Positions 38,577-51,903 of a DNA stretch of 64,000 nucleotides are shown here, piece by piece. The notes beneath the pieces are model-generated. The model saw only the letters and a program-made list of their open reading frames with translations, had not been told where the DNA came from and did not search any database. A program made the translations under genes and the position numbers. The DNA is from Octopus vulgaris (lineage: Eukaryota): NCBI GenBank assembly GCA_951406725.2, contig OX597836.1, positions 26,536,001 through 26,600,000 of the forward strand. The letters are read 5' to 3'. How positions within the stretch are numbered: position 1 is the stretch's first letter; every line of letters begins with the position of its first letter.

Positions 38577-40011
38577 GTAATGAAAGAAGAATTTTTTTTT
38601 TTTTTAAATTGTCCCTGAACGTAGAGGTAAACTTCCAGTGGAACCGGTCTTCGCTGTTTTATTTATTGTATTTCACATTTAAATATAATAATAATAATTG
38701 TGTACAGTGCTCAGGTGCACTACAACTCATCTAAAGTGTATATATAATCAGGTGTAGTTTCGGCGGATTTCGGAAAGCATGAGGGCCTTAAAAATACTTA
38801 ATAAATATATTAAATCAACTCAACAGTTGACTAGTGGCTTATTTTGTCGACCTCGGAAAGATGACATTGAAAATTAGCCACGGCAGAGTTTGAACTCACT
38901 CCTTGAATTGTCGTAATTAAACACAACGGATATTTTAAACAACGTCCTGACAAATCAATGGATATAGGATCTATCGTAACTTCCTATTTCATTGCATCTT
39001 TAATGGGAAAAAATCAGGTAAAGCATCGTTACGCTATACCTGGGCCTTGTTTAATTTGAGGGAGTGAGCTTAATTATCCCCCCACCCTTTTTTTGTTTAC
39101 TTCCTTTCATGATTGCGGGTTACAGATATTTTTACTTCATAGTAATTAAAGACCCTTGGGAAAGGCATGAAGGTCACTTAATTACAGTTTCCTTTTTGTA
39201 TAAAATCTCGCCGTTTCAGCCACAGTAACAAATCAGTTGTTTTAAAGAGAGACACGTATTCAATGTCGTAAGCCGGTTCTTGCAGAAATAAAAACGTAGT
39301 GGAATAACGGATACGTTCTGAGTTCAAATCCCGCGGCGGTCCACTTTAATTTCAAAATATTGATATTTACATAGACAGAAGGCAACAAATATTGTGGGGT
39401 GAGTGCGAGGGCACAGTCGATTAGATAGGCTTATGACAGGAGAGAACTAAAAAGAAGCCGGCAATCTTTCGTCTCTAGTAGACCTTTCCGTCGATTTCCG
39501 TAAAAAATTTTTTTTTTTACATATGGGCTTGCGGGAACTTTTGAAGTAATGAGAGCGAAAGAGACTAAGAGAAAGCGATTGTATGACGAGGGAAGTTCTT
39601 TTGAAGTTACCGTGCATGTGAAGCATTGATGTACATGTGTGTGTGTGTGTTTGATGGGGTGTGGGAGACAGACAGTATGTTGTGTAAGTGAAGTGCTTCT
39701 GTTAGTGTGTGTGATTTTTGTCTCTTTGCCTTGATATCATGAGCTAACTGTAATCAAACATCATTGTCACACAAGCGGTGTTGTTTATTTGCAATGATCC
39801 GTGAAAACACGTCCAGAGCAGAAGAGACTATCTCCTTCTTCGAAAATAAGTGAGTGTTGGTGACAGGAAGAGCATTCGACCCTGTGACATGCAAATGTCA
39901 TAGCGACTGTCTTTTCTCCTCTGACTAACTAAATTAAATTCTCTGTGTTGCTGTCATGATAAATCTTCAATGCTAAAAGTATTTGACCGTCACTTTATTT
40001 TTCTTTTCTTT

Positions 40012-40379
40012 ATACTCTTTACTCTTTTACTTGTTTCAGTCATTTGACTGTGGCCATGCTGGAGCATCACCTTTAGTCGAGCAAATCGACCCCAGGACTT
40101 ATTCTTTGTAAGCCTAGTACTTATTCTATCGGTCTCTTTTGCCGAACCGCTAAGTTACGGGGACGTAAACACACAGCATCGGTTGTCAAGCGATGTTGGG
40201 AGGACAAACACATACATATATACGACGGGCTTCTTTCAGTTTCCGTCTACCAAATCCACTCACAAGGCTTTGGTCAGCCCGAGGCTATAGTAGAAGACGC
40301 TTGCCCAAGGTGCCATGTAGTGGGACTGAACCATGTGGTCGGTAAGCAAGCTACTTACCACACAGCCACTCCTATGCCT
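40012..40379 (-). mobile_element. SINE family A
   Basis: Reverse complement of family A. Confidence 0.85.
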
Positions 40380-41018
40380 ATGATGTTTTTTTTTTTCATT
40401 GTTTTATAGCTAGTTTGGTGGGGGTTACATTGTGACGATTCTGTTTTCGATCCAGTTCCAACAGAGAGGGAGAGAGGTGGGGTAGAATGTATTCCAGTAT
40501 TTACCTCCAATTTTATTGATCTAGAAGGGCAAAGTTGGCTCCAGTGAGACTTGAACTCAGGGTACAGAGATTTAAACCAAATTACACGCAAACTATTCTT
40601 TCTGACAACGCTCTAATATCTCTGCCAGTTCACCACTTTTGGTTTTGTTATTAAATATAATCAGTATTGAACCAGGAACCATGGGGTTGCAAAGCAAAAC
40701 TTCTTACCACAGATGCTTTGACTGTCTTACAGGATTTAGTTATGTCTCTTTACGTAAGAACCAGTCAAGTACTGGAATCAGTCACCATCATTATCATCAT
40801 TATTTAATAACCATATTCCACATTGGCAGTTTGACAGGATTCAATGTGGCCCAAGGACTACATCATGCTTCGATCTCTGCTTGGCTTGGTTTCTACAACT
40901 GGATGCTCTGTTCTAAATTACTAAAGCAGAGATTTAAAAAATCTTTTATAATCTCTCTCAACTTTCTTTTTTATTTAACAGAATTTGTTTTTCAATTTCT
41001 TTTCTATATGACATCCAG

Positions 41019-41184
41019 GTTACAATGTCTTGGGTCTGTACATGCGAAACTGGGACATAGCTGATGAGAATGGTTTTTGTGCAGCAGAAACAGATTTCGA
41101 AGATGCTCAGTACACGTGTGATAAACTGAAAATACCTCTACATCAAGTGAATTTTGTCAAAGAATATTGGAATAATGTCTTCAG
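41019..41184 (+). CDS. TRMU: TRMU exon 2
   Basis: YNVLGLYMRNWDIADENGFCAAETDFEDAQYTCDKLKIPLHQVNFVKEYWNNVF, typical MnmA segment. Confidence 0.95.
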
Positions 41185-43198
41185 GTGAAAAATATTTTAC
41201 TGTTTCTTGATTTAGGAGAGAGTTTGAGGCGGCAAGCTGGCAGAATCGTTAGCACGCCGGGCAAAATGCTTGGCGGTATTTCAAATTCCGCCGAGGTTGA
41301 CTTTGCCTTTCATCCTTTCGGGGTTGATAAATTAAGTACCAGTTACGCACTGGGATCGATGTAATCGACTTAATCCATTTGTCTGTCCTTGTTTGTCCCC
41401 TCTGTGTTTAGCCCCTTGTGGGTAGTAAAGAAATAGGTAGCTGTATAGTTAGACCCTGGAGAAATAGTAAATGCATGTGGCCAAGTGGTTAGGGTACTCG
41501 GCTCATGATTGTAAGGTCGTGAGTTCAATTCCTGGTGACGTGTTGTATCCTTGAGCAAGGCAATTTATTTCACATTGCTCCAGTCCACTCAGCTAGCAGA
41601 AATGAGTTGTGCCTGTGAGTGAAAGGCCCAGCTTTGTCTCATTTTATGTCACATTGAATCTCTCTGAGGACTATGTTAGGAATATGTGTCTGTGGAGTAC
41701 TCAGCCACTTGCAAGTTAATTTCACAAGCAGGCTGTTCTGTTGATCAAATCAACTGGAACCCTTGTTGTTGTAACCAACAGAGTGCCAGCTTAGATCCTG
41801 GAGATAGATGGCCCGCCAAAGGTTGGACAGATTTGAAGATATATAATCTAGAAGAACAAAGTTTGGAGATATGTAATCTGACAGGAATGGGTCTAGAGCA
41901 GCAGTTCTCAACCATTTTTTACCAATGGACCCCCTTTGATTCCAATATTACTTGGGATTGATAAATTAAGTACCAGTTGCATACTGGGGTCAATCTAATC
42001 GACTGGCCCCCTCCCTGAAAATTTTGGGCCTTATGCTTAGAGGAGAAAAGAATATTTTTAGATGGACAAGGCAACCAAATGGCAGAAACGTTAGCATGCC
42101 GGGCGAAATGCTTAGCAGTATTTCGTCTATCTTTACGTTCTGTGTTCAAATTCCGCCGAGGTTGACTTTGCCTTTCATCCTTTCAGGGTTGATAAATTAA
42201 GTAGCAGTTGCCCCTTACCGAAAATTTCGGGCCTTGTGCCTAGAGTAACATTAAAACATTACAAATTTCTCAGTTGAAATATATTGAAAACCCCATTAGA
42301 ACAACTTTGCAACAAGGCAGGTTGGATCTCTTATCTCTACAAAGCATAGAAGCAGGTATGTTATTTCAGATTAATATTGAGGATCTGATCAAAAACTTTA
42401 CAACTAAAAACAGTAGAAAATTTTTTGGGAGTGGCTGTGTAGTAAGAAGCTTGTTTACCAACCACATGGTTCCGGGTTCAGTCCCACTGTGTGGCACCTA
42501 CTATAGCCTCAGGTTGACCAAAGCCTTGCGAGTGGATTTGGTAATGGAAACTGAAAGAAGCTTATTCTTATTCTTTGTAAGCCCAGTACTTATTCTATTG
42601 GTTTCTTTTGTCGAGCCACTAAGTTATGAGGACGTAAACACACCAACATCGGTTGTCAAGCGATGGTGGTGGTGATGGGGGGTTTGTCCCCAACACACAC
42701 ACACATGATGGGCTTCTTTCAGTTTCCCAAATCCACTCACAAAGCTTTGGTCAGTGGGACTGAACCTGGAACCATGTGGTTGGTAAGCAAGCTACTTATC
42801 ACACAGCCACTCCTGTTTATATTTTGAATTACATATATATATATATAGGGACACCAAAATCTTTTAAGTGCTTAGGGCCTCTGTGGGTCTTAATCCAGCC
42901 CTGAGGTTAGCAATTTTTCACAAACTTATTTTTTTACTACCCACAAGGGGCTAAACACAGAGAGGACAAACAAGGACAGACAAACGGATTAAGTCGATTA
43001 TATCGACCCCAGTGCGTAATTGGTACTTAATTTATCGACCCTGAAAGGATGAAAGGCAAAGTCAACCTCAGCGCAATTCGAACTCAGAACGTAACGGCAG
43101 ACGAAATACGGCTACGCATTTCGCCCGGCATGCTAACGTTTCTGCCAGCTCGCCGCCTTTTTCACAATTTTTCACAAACTGCCATCTTTAAGTTCTGA

Positions 43199-43606
<408 letters not shown>

Positions 43607-43609
43607 TAG

Positions 43610-44062
43610 CATCACCGCCACCATCCATACCACAGCCATAGCTACCACCACCACTAACCACAACCATAGCTACCACTGCCACTTCTACCACCGCCACCAC
43701 TACTGCCATCTCCATCATTACTACTACCAACACCACTACTAACCACAACCATAGCTACCACCACCACCACCACTACTACTGCCACTTCCATCATCACTAC
43801 TACAACCACTTCTACCACCACCACTACTACTGCCACCTCCATCATTACTACTACCAACACCAACACCACTACTACCACTACCACCTCCATCATTACTACT
43901 ACCAACACCACCACCACTACTACCACCTCCACCACAACAGCTATTGCTACTACCATCATCACCACTACCACCACCATTACTGCTATTACTACCAACACCA
44001 CTACCACCTCCACCACAACAGCTATTGCTACTACCATCAACACCACCACCACCACCATTACT
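43610..44062 (+). repeat. (CCA/CTA)n trinucleotide low-complexity tract
   Basis: Read directly; the source of the poly-V ORF. Confidence 0.95.
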
Positions 44063-44487
44063 GCTATTTATTTACTGCAACGTAAATCCATTTCCGTTGG
44101 TTTCAACAATGATGACAATTCCAGTTGTTCAATCAACTGAGCTTCCAAATCATTGAATAACAGTGTGAGTGGTTGAGTATTCCACAGGCACACATACACA
44201 TGTACCTCTTAACGTAATCCTCTGGTGGAATCAGCATGACACAATCTGTGGCAAAGCTGGAGCTTTTTGAATTATAGGAACAGTCCATTCTGATGCAGGT
44301 AGAGTGGGGTGGAGGATGGGGGCTTCCACATTGTTTCCATCTAACCAGTAAAAGCTTAGGACGGTTTGAAGCTGTGGTGGAAGACACTTGCTCTAGGTAG
44401 GATTGAACTCAGGACCCTCTGATTGTGAAGTGAACTTCTTAGCCCTTCAGCCACATAACAGCCATACCTGTGTTTATTTATTTATTA

Positions 44488-44882
44488 CTAGCAGTATCGC
44501 CCGGCGTTGCTCGGGTTTGTAAGGGAAATAACTATATAAGCATTTTTAGAGATGTAAAGTATAATAGCCATCTCAATATGGCTAACCACAAAGGGAGGTG
44601 TTACTGTAGCTTTTTACGTTCTGAGATTTAATAATACATTTTTAGAGAGTTACTTCCCTTATATAATAGCAAAAAAATGCATTAAAAATGGAAAAAAATG
44701 ATGGTAAATTTTTTTTTTAATCGTAGACTCATCGTAGACGCGCGCTAATACCCAGAAGGGCTCCATATGAATCACGACTATAAGATACCCGCTTTTGGTT
44801 ACACTGCACTGCAAAATGTGGGAGTAGTTAGGAATCTAAATTGTAGGAGACAGACACACAACTTCACTTTTATATATAAAGA
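44488..44882 (-). mobile_element. Non-autonomous Helitron-like element
   Basis: On minus: A|TCTTTATATATAAAAG ... CCCGAGCAACGCCGGG hairpin ... CTAG|T. Confidence 0.7.
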
Positions 44883-45933
44883 TTTCTATTATTATTATTG
44901 TTGTTGTTGTAGGCAAGCTGGCAGAATTGTTAGCACGCCAGGTGAAATGCTTAGTAGTATTTCGTCTGTCTTTAAGATCTGAGTTCAAATTTCACCAAGG
45001 TCAACTTTGCCTTTCATCCTTGATAACTTAAGTACCAGTAAAACATTGGGGTTGATGTAATCAACTTACCCCTCCCCACCAAATTTCAGGCCTTGTGCCT
45101 TTAGAAGAAAGGACTACTACTATACTATTATTATTATTATTATTAGGGTAGCAAGCTGGCAGAGTCGTTAGCACATCAGGCAAAATGCTTAGCGGTATTT
45201 TGTCTGCCGTTATGTTTTGAGTTCAAATTCCGCCGAGGTCGACTTTGCCTTTCATCCTTTCGGGGTCGATTAAATAAGTACCAGTTACTCACTGGGGTCA
45301 ATATAATCGACTTAATCCATGTGTCTGACCTTGTTTGTCCTCTCTATGTTTAGCCCCTTGTGGGTAGTAAAGAAATAGGTATTTTGTCTGCCTTCAGGTT
45401 CTGAGTTCAAATGCTACCAAGATTAACTTTGCTTTTTATCCTTTTGGGATCAATAAATTATATGGTGGAAGATACTTGCTCAAGGTATCATTCTGCAGGA
45501 TTGAACTCAGGACCTTCTGATTGTGAAGTGAACTTCTTAACCATTCAGCCACATGACAGCCACACCCCCAAAATTTCTGGCCTTATGTTTACAGTAGAAA
45601 GAATCATTATTATCATTATTATACAAGACACCCAAAGCCAAGCTCCATAGGGTAGTGAAAGTATGTGGTAAAAATAATTATCATCCATCATTCAAAATGA
45701 TGGATGATTTTTATAGTCTTATTTTTATCACGTGCTTTCACCGCTCTACCGAGCGCAGCTCTCTGTGCCTTGGGTATGTGCTGTGGAGCTCTTATTTTTA
45801 CTGTATTGAAAGTGTTTTACATAGGATGTATGCAGTGCCTAGTGGTGCTATTTTCTGTATGTTATTTATACTTGTTAGCCCTGGTGTTTTTGTTATATCT
45901 TTGTCTGAATATTTTTTTTATTATACCTAATGT

Positions 45934-46277
45934 GTGAAGGCGCATGGCTCAGTGGTTAGCGCGTCGAGCTTACGATCGTGAGGTTGTGAGCTCGAATCCA
46001 GGACCGGGCTGCGTGTTGTGTTCTCAAGCAAGGCACTTTATTTCACGTTGCTCCAGTTCACTCAGCTGTAGAAATGAGCTGCGACGTCACTGGTGCCAAG
46101 CTGTATCGACCTTTGTCTTTCCCTTGGATAACACTGGTGGCGTGGAGAGGGGAGGCTGGTATGCATGGGCGACTGCTGGCCTTCCATAAACAACCTTGCC
46201 CGGACTTGTGTCTAGGAGGGTAACTTTCTAGGTGCAATCCCATGGTCATTCATGACCGAAGGGGGTCTTTACCCCCT
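45934..46277 (+). mobile_element. tRNA-derived SINE with TSD
   Basis: GGCTCAGTGGTTAGC..TCGAATCC head; 13-bp TSD TTATACCTAATGT (45921-45933 and 46278-46290). Confidence 0.85.
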
Positions 46278-46386
46278 TTATACCTAATGTACCTATTATA
46301 ATAGGAATTGTTTCTGTTTTTAGGCTCCACATTCGAGTTATCTCTATTTATTATTATTATTGTTATTTTTTTTTTTTTTTTTTAAG

Positions 46387-46559
46387 GAGTGAAATTATTA
46401 AGTTCTGTTGATTCTGTGAAAGACCAAACATTTTTCTTGTCACAAATATCTCAGGAATCCTTGCAGAAATCTCTCTTTCCCATTGGTAATCTGCCAAAGA
46501 AGGAGGTCAGAGAGATAGCATGTTCTCACGGCTTGGAAAAAATAGCAAGGAAGAAAGAG
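46387..46559 (+). CDS. TRMU: TRMU exon 4
   Basis: VKLLSSVDSVKDQTFFLSQISQESLQKSLFPIGNLPKKEVREIA...ARKKE (KDQT motif). Confidence 0.95.
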
Positions 46560-47230
46560 GTAATCTTTTGCCATTTCATTTTACAATACATACACACACG
46601 CCATCATCATCATCAATGTGTGATACCCATTTCTGGTGCTGGCATGGGTTATATGGCTTGACAGGAACTGGTAAGACCAGGGCCTCACCACATCCCATAG
46701 CCTGTTTTGGCTTGGTTTCTACAGCTGGATGCCCTTCCTAATGCCAACAACTTTACAGAGTGTACTGGGTGCTTTTTCACATGGCACCATCACCAGTGAT
46801 TTGGGTTTAGGATTTCAATTCTGTTGTGGTGGGCAGGTCTTCTTAAGTACAGCAATGAACCACACATCTTGGTCCTCTGTCATCTCCTTTGCAGATGATG
46901 ATGATGATGATGATATATATAGTGGTCATTGCCAGTGCTGCCAGACTGGCTCCTATGCAGGTGGCACGTAAAAAGCGCCATTTGAGCATGGTTGATGCCA
47001 ATACTGCCTGACTGGCCCTTGTGGCGGTGGCACATAAAAGCACCTACTACACTCTCAGAGTGGTTGGCATTAGGAAGGGCATCCAGTTGTAGAAACTTTG
47101 CCAGATCAGATTGAAACCTGGTGCAGCTGCTGGCTTGCCAATCTCCTGTCAAACCGTTCAACCCATGCCAGCATGGAAAACAGACATTAAACAATGATGA
47201 TGATGATTATGATTATATATATATAAAGAA

Positions 47231-47532
47231 TAAACAGTTTTGAATGGTACAACAATGCACTATAATATAGACAATGGGCTATATACCTCTTGTAATTTAG
47301 TCATCCATAATCTGATATGATATTTCGGAATAATATTCCTTCAGATATTCTTAGGTGGAGTCGCTGCTATAATCGGTTTTCTAACGGCTTTATAGCAGCA
47401 ACTCCATCTAAGAATATCTGATGAAGGAAGTTTATTCCGAAATATCATCAGACTACGGATGACTAAATTACAACAGCTATATAGCCCATTGTCTGTATTA
47501 TAGTGCATTATTTTACCATTCATAACTGTTTA
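47231..47532. repeat. About 300-bp imperfect palindrome with a hammerhead-like core (Penelope-type fold-back)
   Basis: Arms are reverse complements around about 47378; CTGATGA at 47418 and GAAA at 47439. Confidence 0.75.
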
Positions 47533-48379
47533 TTTTTTACAAACAATACTCAATGCTTCAAATGAATTACAATACTCTCATATATATACATTCAAAATGT
47601 GACTGCATGTGTACCGTTGGCGATTTTTTTCCTCCATCTTCCCTTCTTTGGATCTTTCCTTTTCCTATGTTTCTGATGAAGAGCTCCGCTTGAAATATTA
47701 TACCCTCCTTCTTTCCTGAGCATCCAATAATACTATATTTGTTCCACGTCCTCGTGTTTTCTCTTTGCGTTTTCATGTTTGGATTAACTTTATATATACA
47801 CACACACACACATAACATACTGATCCATGATAGAAAATTCAACAAAAAAAGTACTCCATCTGGTGAGAGATAATATTATTTATTTAAAGCTCATGATACA
47901 TGTATTTAAGAGCTACTAATAGTTTCATACACACACACACACATATATATCATCATCATCATCGTTTAACATCCATTTTCCGTGCTAGCACAGGTTGGAC
48001 GGTTCGACCGGGGTCTGGGAAGCCAGGAGGCTGCACCAGGCTGATATGGCAGAGTTTCTACAGCTGGATGCCCTTCCTAACGCCAACCACTCCGCGAGAG
48101 TAGTGGGTGCTTTTTACGTGCCACCGGAATCTGGCAGCAGCCACGATCGGTTGGTGCTTTTAACGTGCCACCGGCACGGAAGCCTTCCTAACGCCAACCA
48201 CTCCGCAAGTGTAGTGGGTGCTTTTTACGTGCCACCGGCACAGAAGCCAGTCGAGGCAGCGCTGGCATCGGCCACGTTTGGATGGTGCTTTTTATGTGCC
48301 ACCGGCACAGGTATCACAACTACTATTTCCATTGATATTTCTTTCAATGTTCATGTACTTGACTCAATAGGTCTCCTCA

Positions 48380-48640
48380 AGCACAGCGGGTTGTTCTGAA
48401 ATCCAAGGTACTTTGAATGGGCTGGGGTTATGCGGAGCTGGTGCAGGAAGCAGCCCAGGTCTTTGCAGCCACAGCATATCTCCAGAGATCTCGGCCCTTC
48501 GTCATTGCCTCTGTGAGGCCCAACGCTCTGAGGTCATGCTTGACTACCTCATCCCATGTCTTCCTGGGTCTACCTCTACCCCTGATACCTTCAACTGTTT
48601 GGGAGCGGCACTTCTTCACACATCTCTCCTCATCCATCCG
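48380..48640 (-). mobile_element. RTE LINE 3' fragment
   Basis: ...EGIRGRGRPRKTWDEVVKHDLRALGLTEAMTKGRDLWRYAV. Confidence 0.75.
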
Positions 48641-48811
48641 CAGTATACACACATACATACATACATGCATGCATGTGTGTGTGTAGATATACAAATTTGT
48701 GTGTTAGCATCAGTGTCTTGCTACCAGAAAGTAATTTAAACAGTTTTTAGCTACTTAAAATTCATCATCACCATCACCATTACATTTAACCATATTTTTC
48801 TCTAATTCCAG

Positions 48812-48865
48812 AGTATGGGAATCTGCTTCATTGGTTCCAGAAATTTCTCATCTTTCATTAAAGAG
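48812..48865 (+). CDS. TRMU: TRMU exon 5
   Basis: SMGICFIGSRNFSSFIKE, carrying the second catalytic Cys motif; ccag/gtaagt. Confidence 0.95.
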
Positions 48866-48965
48866 GTAAGTTAACAACACCAAAATTTGGTGAGTTCTTC
48901 CCTAGAAATAGTTGGTTCCTTCTGCTTGAATGGCAAAAAAAAATCTCTAAAACACATTTGCTTTA

Positions 48966-49331
48966 TTTACATTATTTACATTTGACAGATATTTGTCCTC
49001 ATCTTGTTTGTTGTTGACACAACATTTCGGCTGATATACCCTCCAGCCTTCTTCAGGTGTCTTAGGGAAATTTCGAACCTGGGTTCTCATAACCACTATG
49101 CCATATGCCCGTGGGCTAAGAGTGTGAGCTATTAACCCCAAGATTCCGAGTTCAATTCCAGGCAGTGACCTGAATAATAATAACAACATTGAAAAATACT
49201 TTAGGAATGAGAACCCAGGTTCGAAATTTCCCCAAGTCACCTGATGAAGACTGGAGGGTATATCATCCAAAACGTTGTGTTAACAACAAACAAGATGTGG
49301 ACAAATATCCGTCAAATGTAAATAATGTAAA
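48966..49331. repeat. 125-bp inverted repeat with hammerhead-like cores and a tRNA-like spacer
   Basis: 48966-49090 pairs with 49207-49331; CTGAAGA on - and CTGATGA on +. Confidence 0.8.
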
Positions 49332-49789
49332 TAATTCCTCATCTCTTAAATATAGAACTTTTTCTTTTTTCTTTTTAAATAATTATTTCCATTCTACCAA
49401 TATGCTTAAAACAGCCTTTGGAAAAGGCATGAACTTCACAACACTTCAGGTTTATAGAGTTGTACTCCAAACACCTGAAATGTATTTGTTTATTTCTTAG
49501 AAGTTCATCATCATCATCATCATCTTTTAACGTCTGCTTTCCATGCTGGTATGGGTTGGACGGTTCGACTACTAGATGCCCTTTCTAATTCCAACCACTC
49601 CGAAAGTGTGGTGGGTGCTTTTTATGTGCCACCGGCATGAGGGCCAGTTAGGCGGTACTGGCATTGACCACGCCTGAACGGTGTTTTTTTACGTGTCACC
49701 GGCATGAGGGCCAGTCAGGCGAATTGGACTAATTATTGCTTAGCCCAATTAAGATATATTCTGTGCTCTCGATACCTTTTGGTTAACTA

Positions 49790-50420
49790 AGGCAACAAGC
49801 TGACAGAATCGTTAGCATGCTGGGCGAATTGTTTAGCAGCATTTGGTCAGTCTTTACATTCTCAGTTCAAATTTTGCCAAGGTTGAATTTGCCTTTCATC
49901 CTTTCAGAGTTGATAAAATAAGTACCTATTTCTTTATTACCCACAAGGAGCTAAACAAGGACAGACATAGGTATTAAGTCGATTACATCGACCCCAGTGC
50001 GTAACTGGTACTTAATTTATCGACCCCGAAAGGATGAAAGGCAAAGTCCACCTCGGCGGAATTTGAACTCACAACGTAACGCAGACGAAATACCTATTTC
50101 TTTATTACCCACAAGGGGCTAAACACAGAGGGGGACAAACAAGGACAGACATAGGTATTAAGTCGATTACATCGACCCCAGTGCGTAACTGGTACTTAAT
50201 TTATCGACCCCGAAAGGATGAAAGGCAAAGTCCACTTCGGCGGAATTTGAACTCACAACGTAACGACAGACGAAATACGGCTACGCATTTCGCCCGGCGT
50301 GCTAACGATTCTGCCAGCTCGCCGCCTAAATAAAATAAGTACCAGTTGAACACTGGGGTCAATGTAATCGACTTAACCCCTTCTCCAAAATTGATGGTTA
50401 TTTGCCAAATGTTGGAATCA
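49790..50420. mobile_element. Family-B SINE (+) with an antisense family-B dimer nested in its core
   Basis: 14-bp TSD ATAAAATAAGTACC at 49913-49926 and 50330-50343. Confidence 0.8.
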
Positions 50421-50574
50421 ACATCTTTAAGTTAACTAAGGCGGCAAGCTAGCAGAATGGTTAGCTAGCCAACAAAATGTCATCTTGTCATTTTTGTCTA
50501 AATGTTAATAGTATCAGTAAATAACTATCTCTCTCTCTCTCTCTCTGTCTAATATCGTATTCTTCCATTTCCAG

Positions 50575-50641
50575 TATGTTGTGCCTTGCCCAGGCAATTT
50601 TGTTGATGTAGAGACGGGCAAAATAGTTGGACAGCACCAAG
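50575..50641 (+). CDS. TRMU: TRMU exon 6
   Basis: YVVPCPGNFVDVETGKIVGQHQ; ccag/gtaagt. Confidence 0.93.
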
Positions 50642-51802
50642 GTAAGTCTTTCACTCTGAGACCCTAACCCAATTCTGGGCAAACTGTGGCGTATGGGAAT
50701 TTCTAAATAGCATGCAACTGAAAGGATCTTGTATTTTTTTTTAGTAGTGTGGCCCACCTGAAGATGAGCCAATATGTGGTATAAACAGTCTTTAGTGTGG
50801 CCCACCTGAAGATGAGCCAATATGTGGTATAAACAGTCTTTCCAAATCCTGCTGTATTTCACATGGACTTCTTAGTCTTCCAAAGTCATCTTGGTGTTTA
50901 AGTTGACTGACCTTTTTATTTTTGATGCAAATTTTAGTCTGAAAAATTTAACCTGATCAAACATCAAATATCAAGGGTTTTCTAGTAATGTCTGACAATA
51001 TGTAGAATTGTTATCCACTGAAATTTTTGTAGCCCTTTAATTATTTAAACCAGCCATATCTGGTCCACATATTTTAAATTCAAACTGGTCAGGTCCAGCC
51101 TCTCACATATACTCTACTTTGTCATTGCTAAAGTAAAGCAGTCACATCATTGAAATCTTGAAGCTATGAGATCATTCATGATCATTTCAAAACAATGAAT
51201 AATTAAACATTACATTAGACAGAGTAAGCTGAATGCTTCAATTAATGTTGAAAATAGTTTAGTAAAATAACTGTCATTATTAATTGGTGTTTGGATCATA
51301 AATTTACAAGTTCTGATGGAAAATTTCAATTCTCAAAAACAAGATGTTTGTACCACAGAGCTAGGGGCAGTTTCCATCTCCCAAATCCACTCACAAGGCT
51401 TTGGTCGGCCCGAAGCTATAGTAGAAGACACTTGCCCAAAGTGTTTTGCAATGGGACTAAACCTGGAACCATGGGTCGGCCCGAAGCTATAGTAGAAGGC
51501 ACTTGCCCAAAGTGTTTTGCAATGGGACTAAACCTGGAACCATGTCGTTGGTAAGCAAGCTACTTACCACACAGTCACTCCTGCACCTATAATGGTAGCA
51601 AAACGTTAATACTCTTTGAACCATGAATGCCACAACTTCAAAGATCTAAAACAGAAAATTCTTTGAACCTGCTTTCATGCCTCGTCTGCCATTAATGTGA
51701 GAAATATTTTGCTTAGGGCAGAAACTTACAAACTTAGGGCTCGTGTGCAGCTGACTCAAGAAATCATTATTAATTTATGATGTTCCTTAATGTACTTTGT
51801 AG

Positions 51803-51903
51803 GTATTCATTTCTGGACCTTGGGACAACGTACCAATCTTGGCGGCCACTCTTACGCCTATTTTGTTGCAGAAATTAACCCCAACAATCAAGACATAATT
51901 GTG
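51803..51903 (+). CDS. TRMU: TRMU exon 7
   Basis: IHFWTLGQRTNLGGHSYAYFVAEINPNNQDIIV (TxGQR motif); tgtag/gtgagt. Confidence 0.93.

Noticed and set aside
43654-44156. Poly-V and Pro/Leu-rich ORFs
   Set aside because: Translations of a (CCA/CTA)n microsatellite in TRMU intron 3
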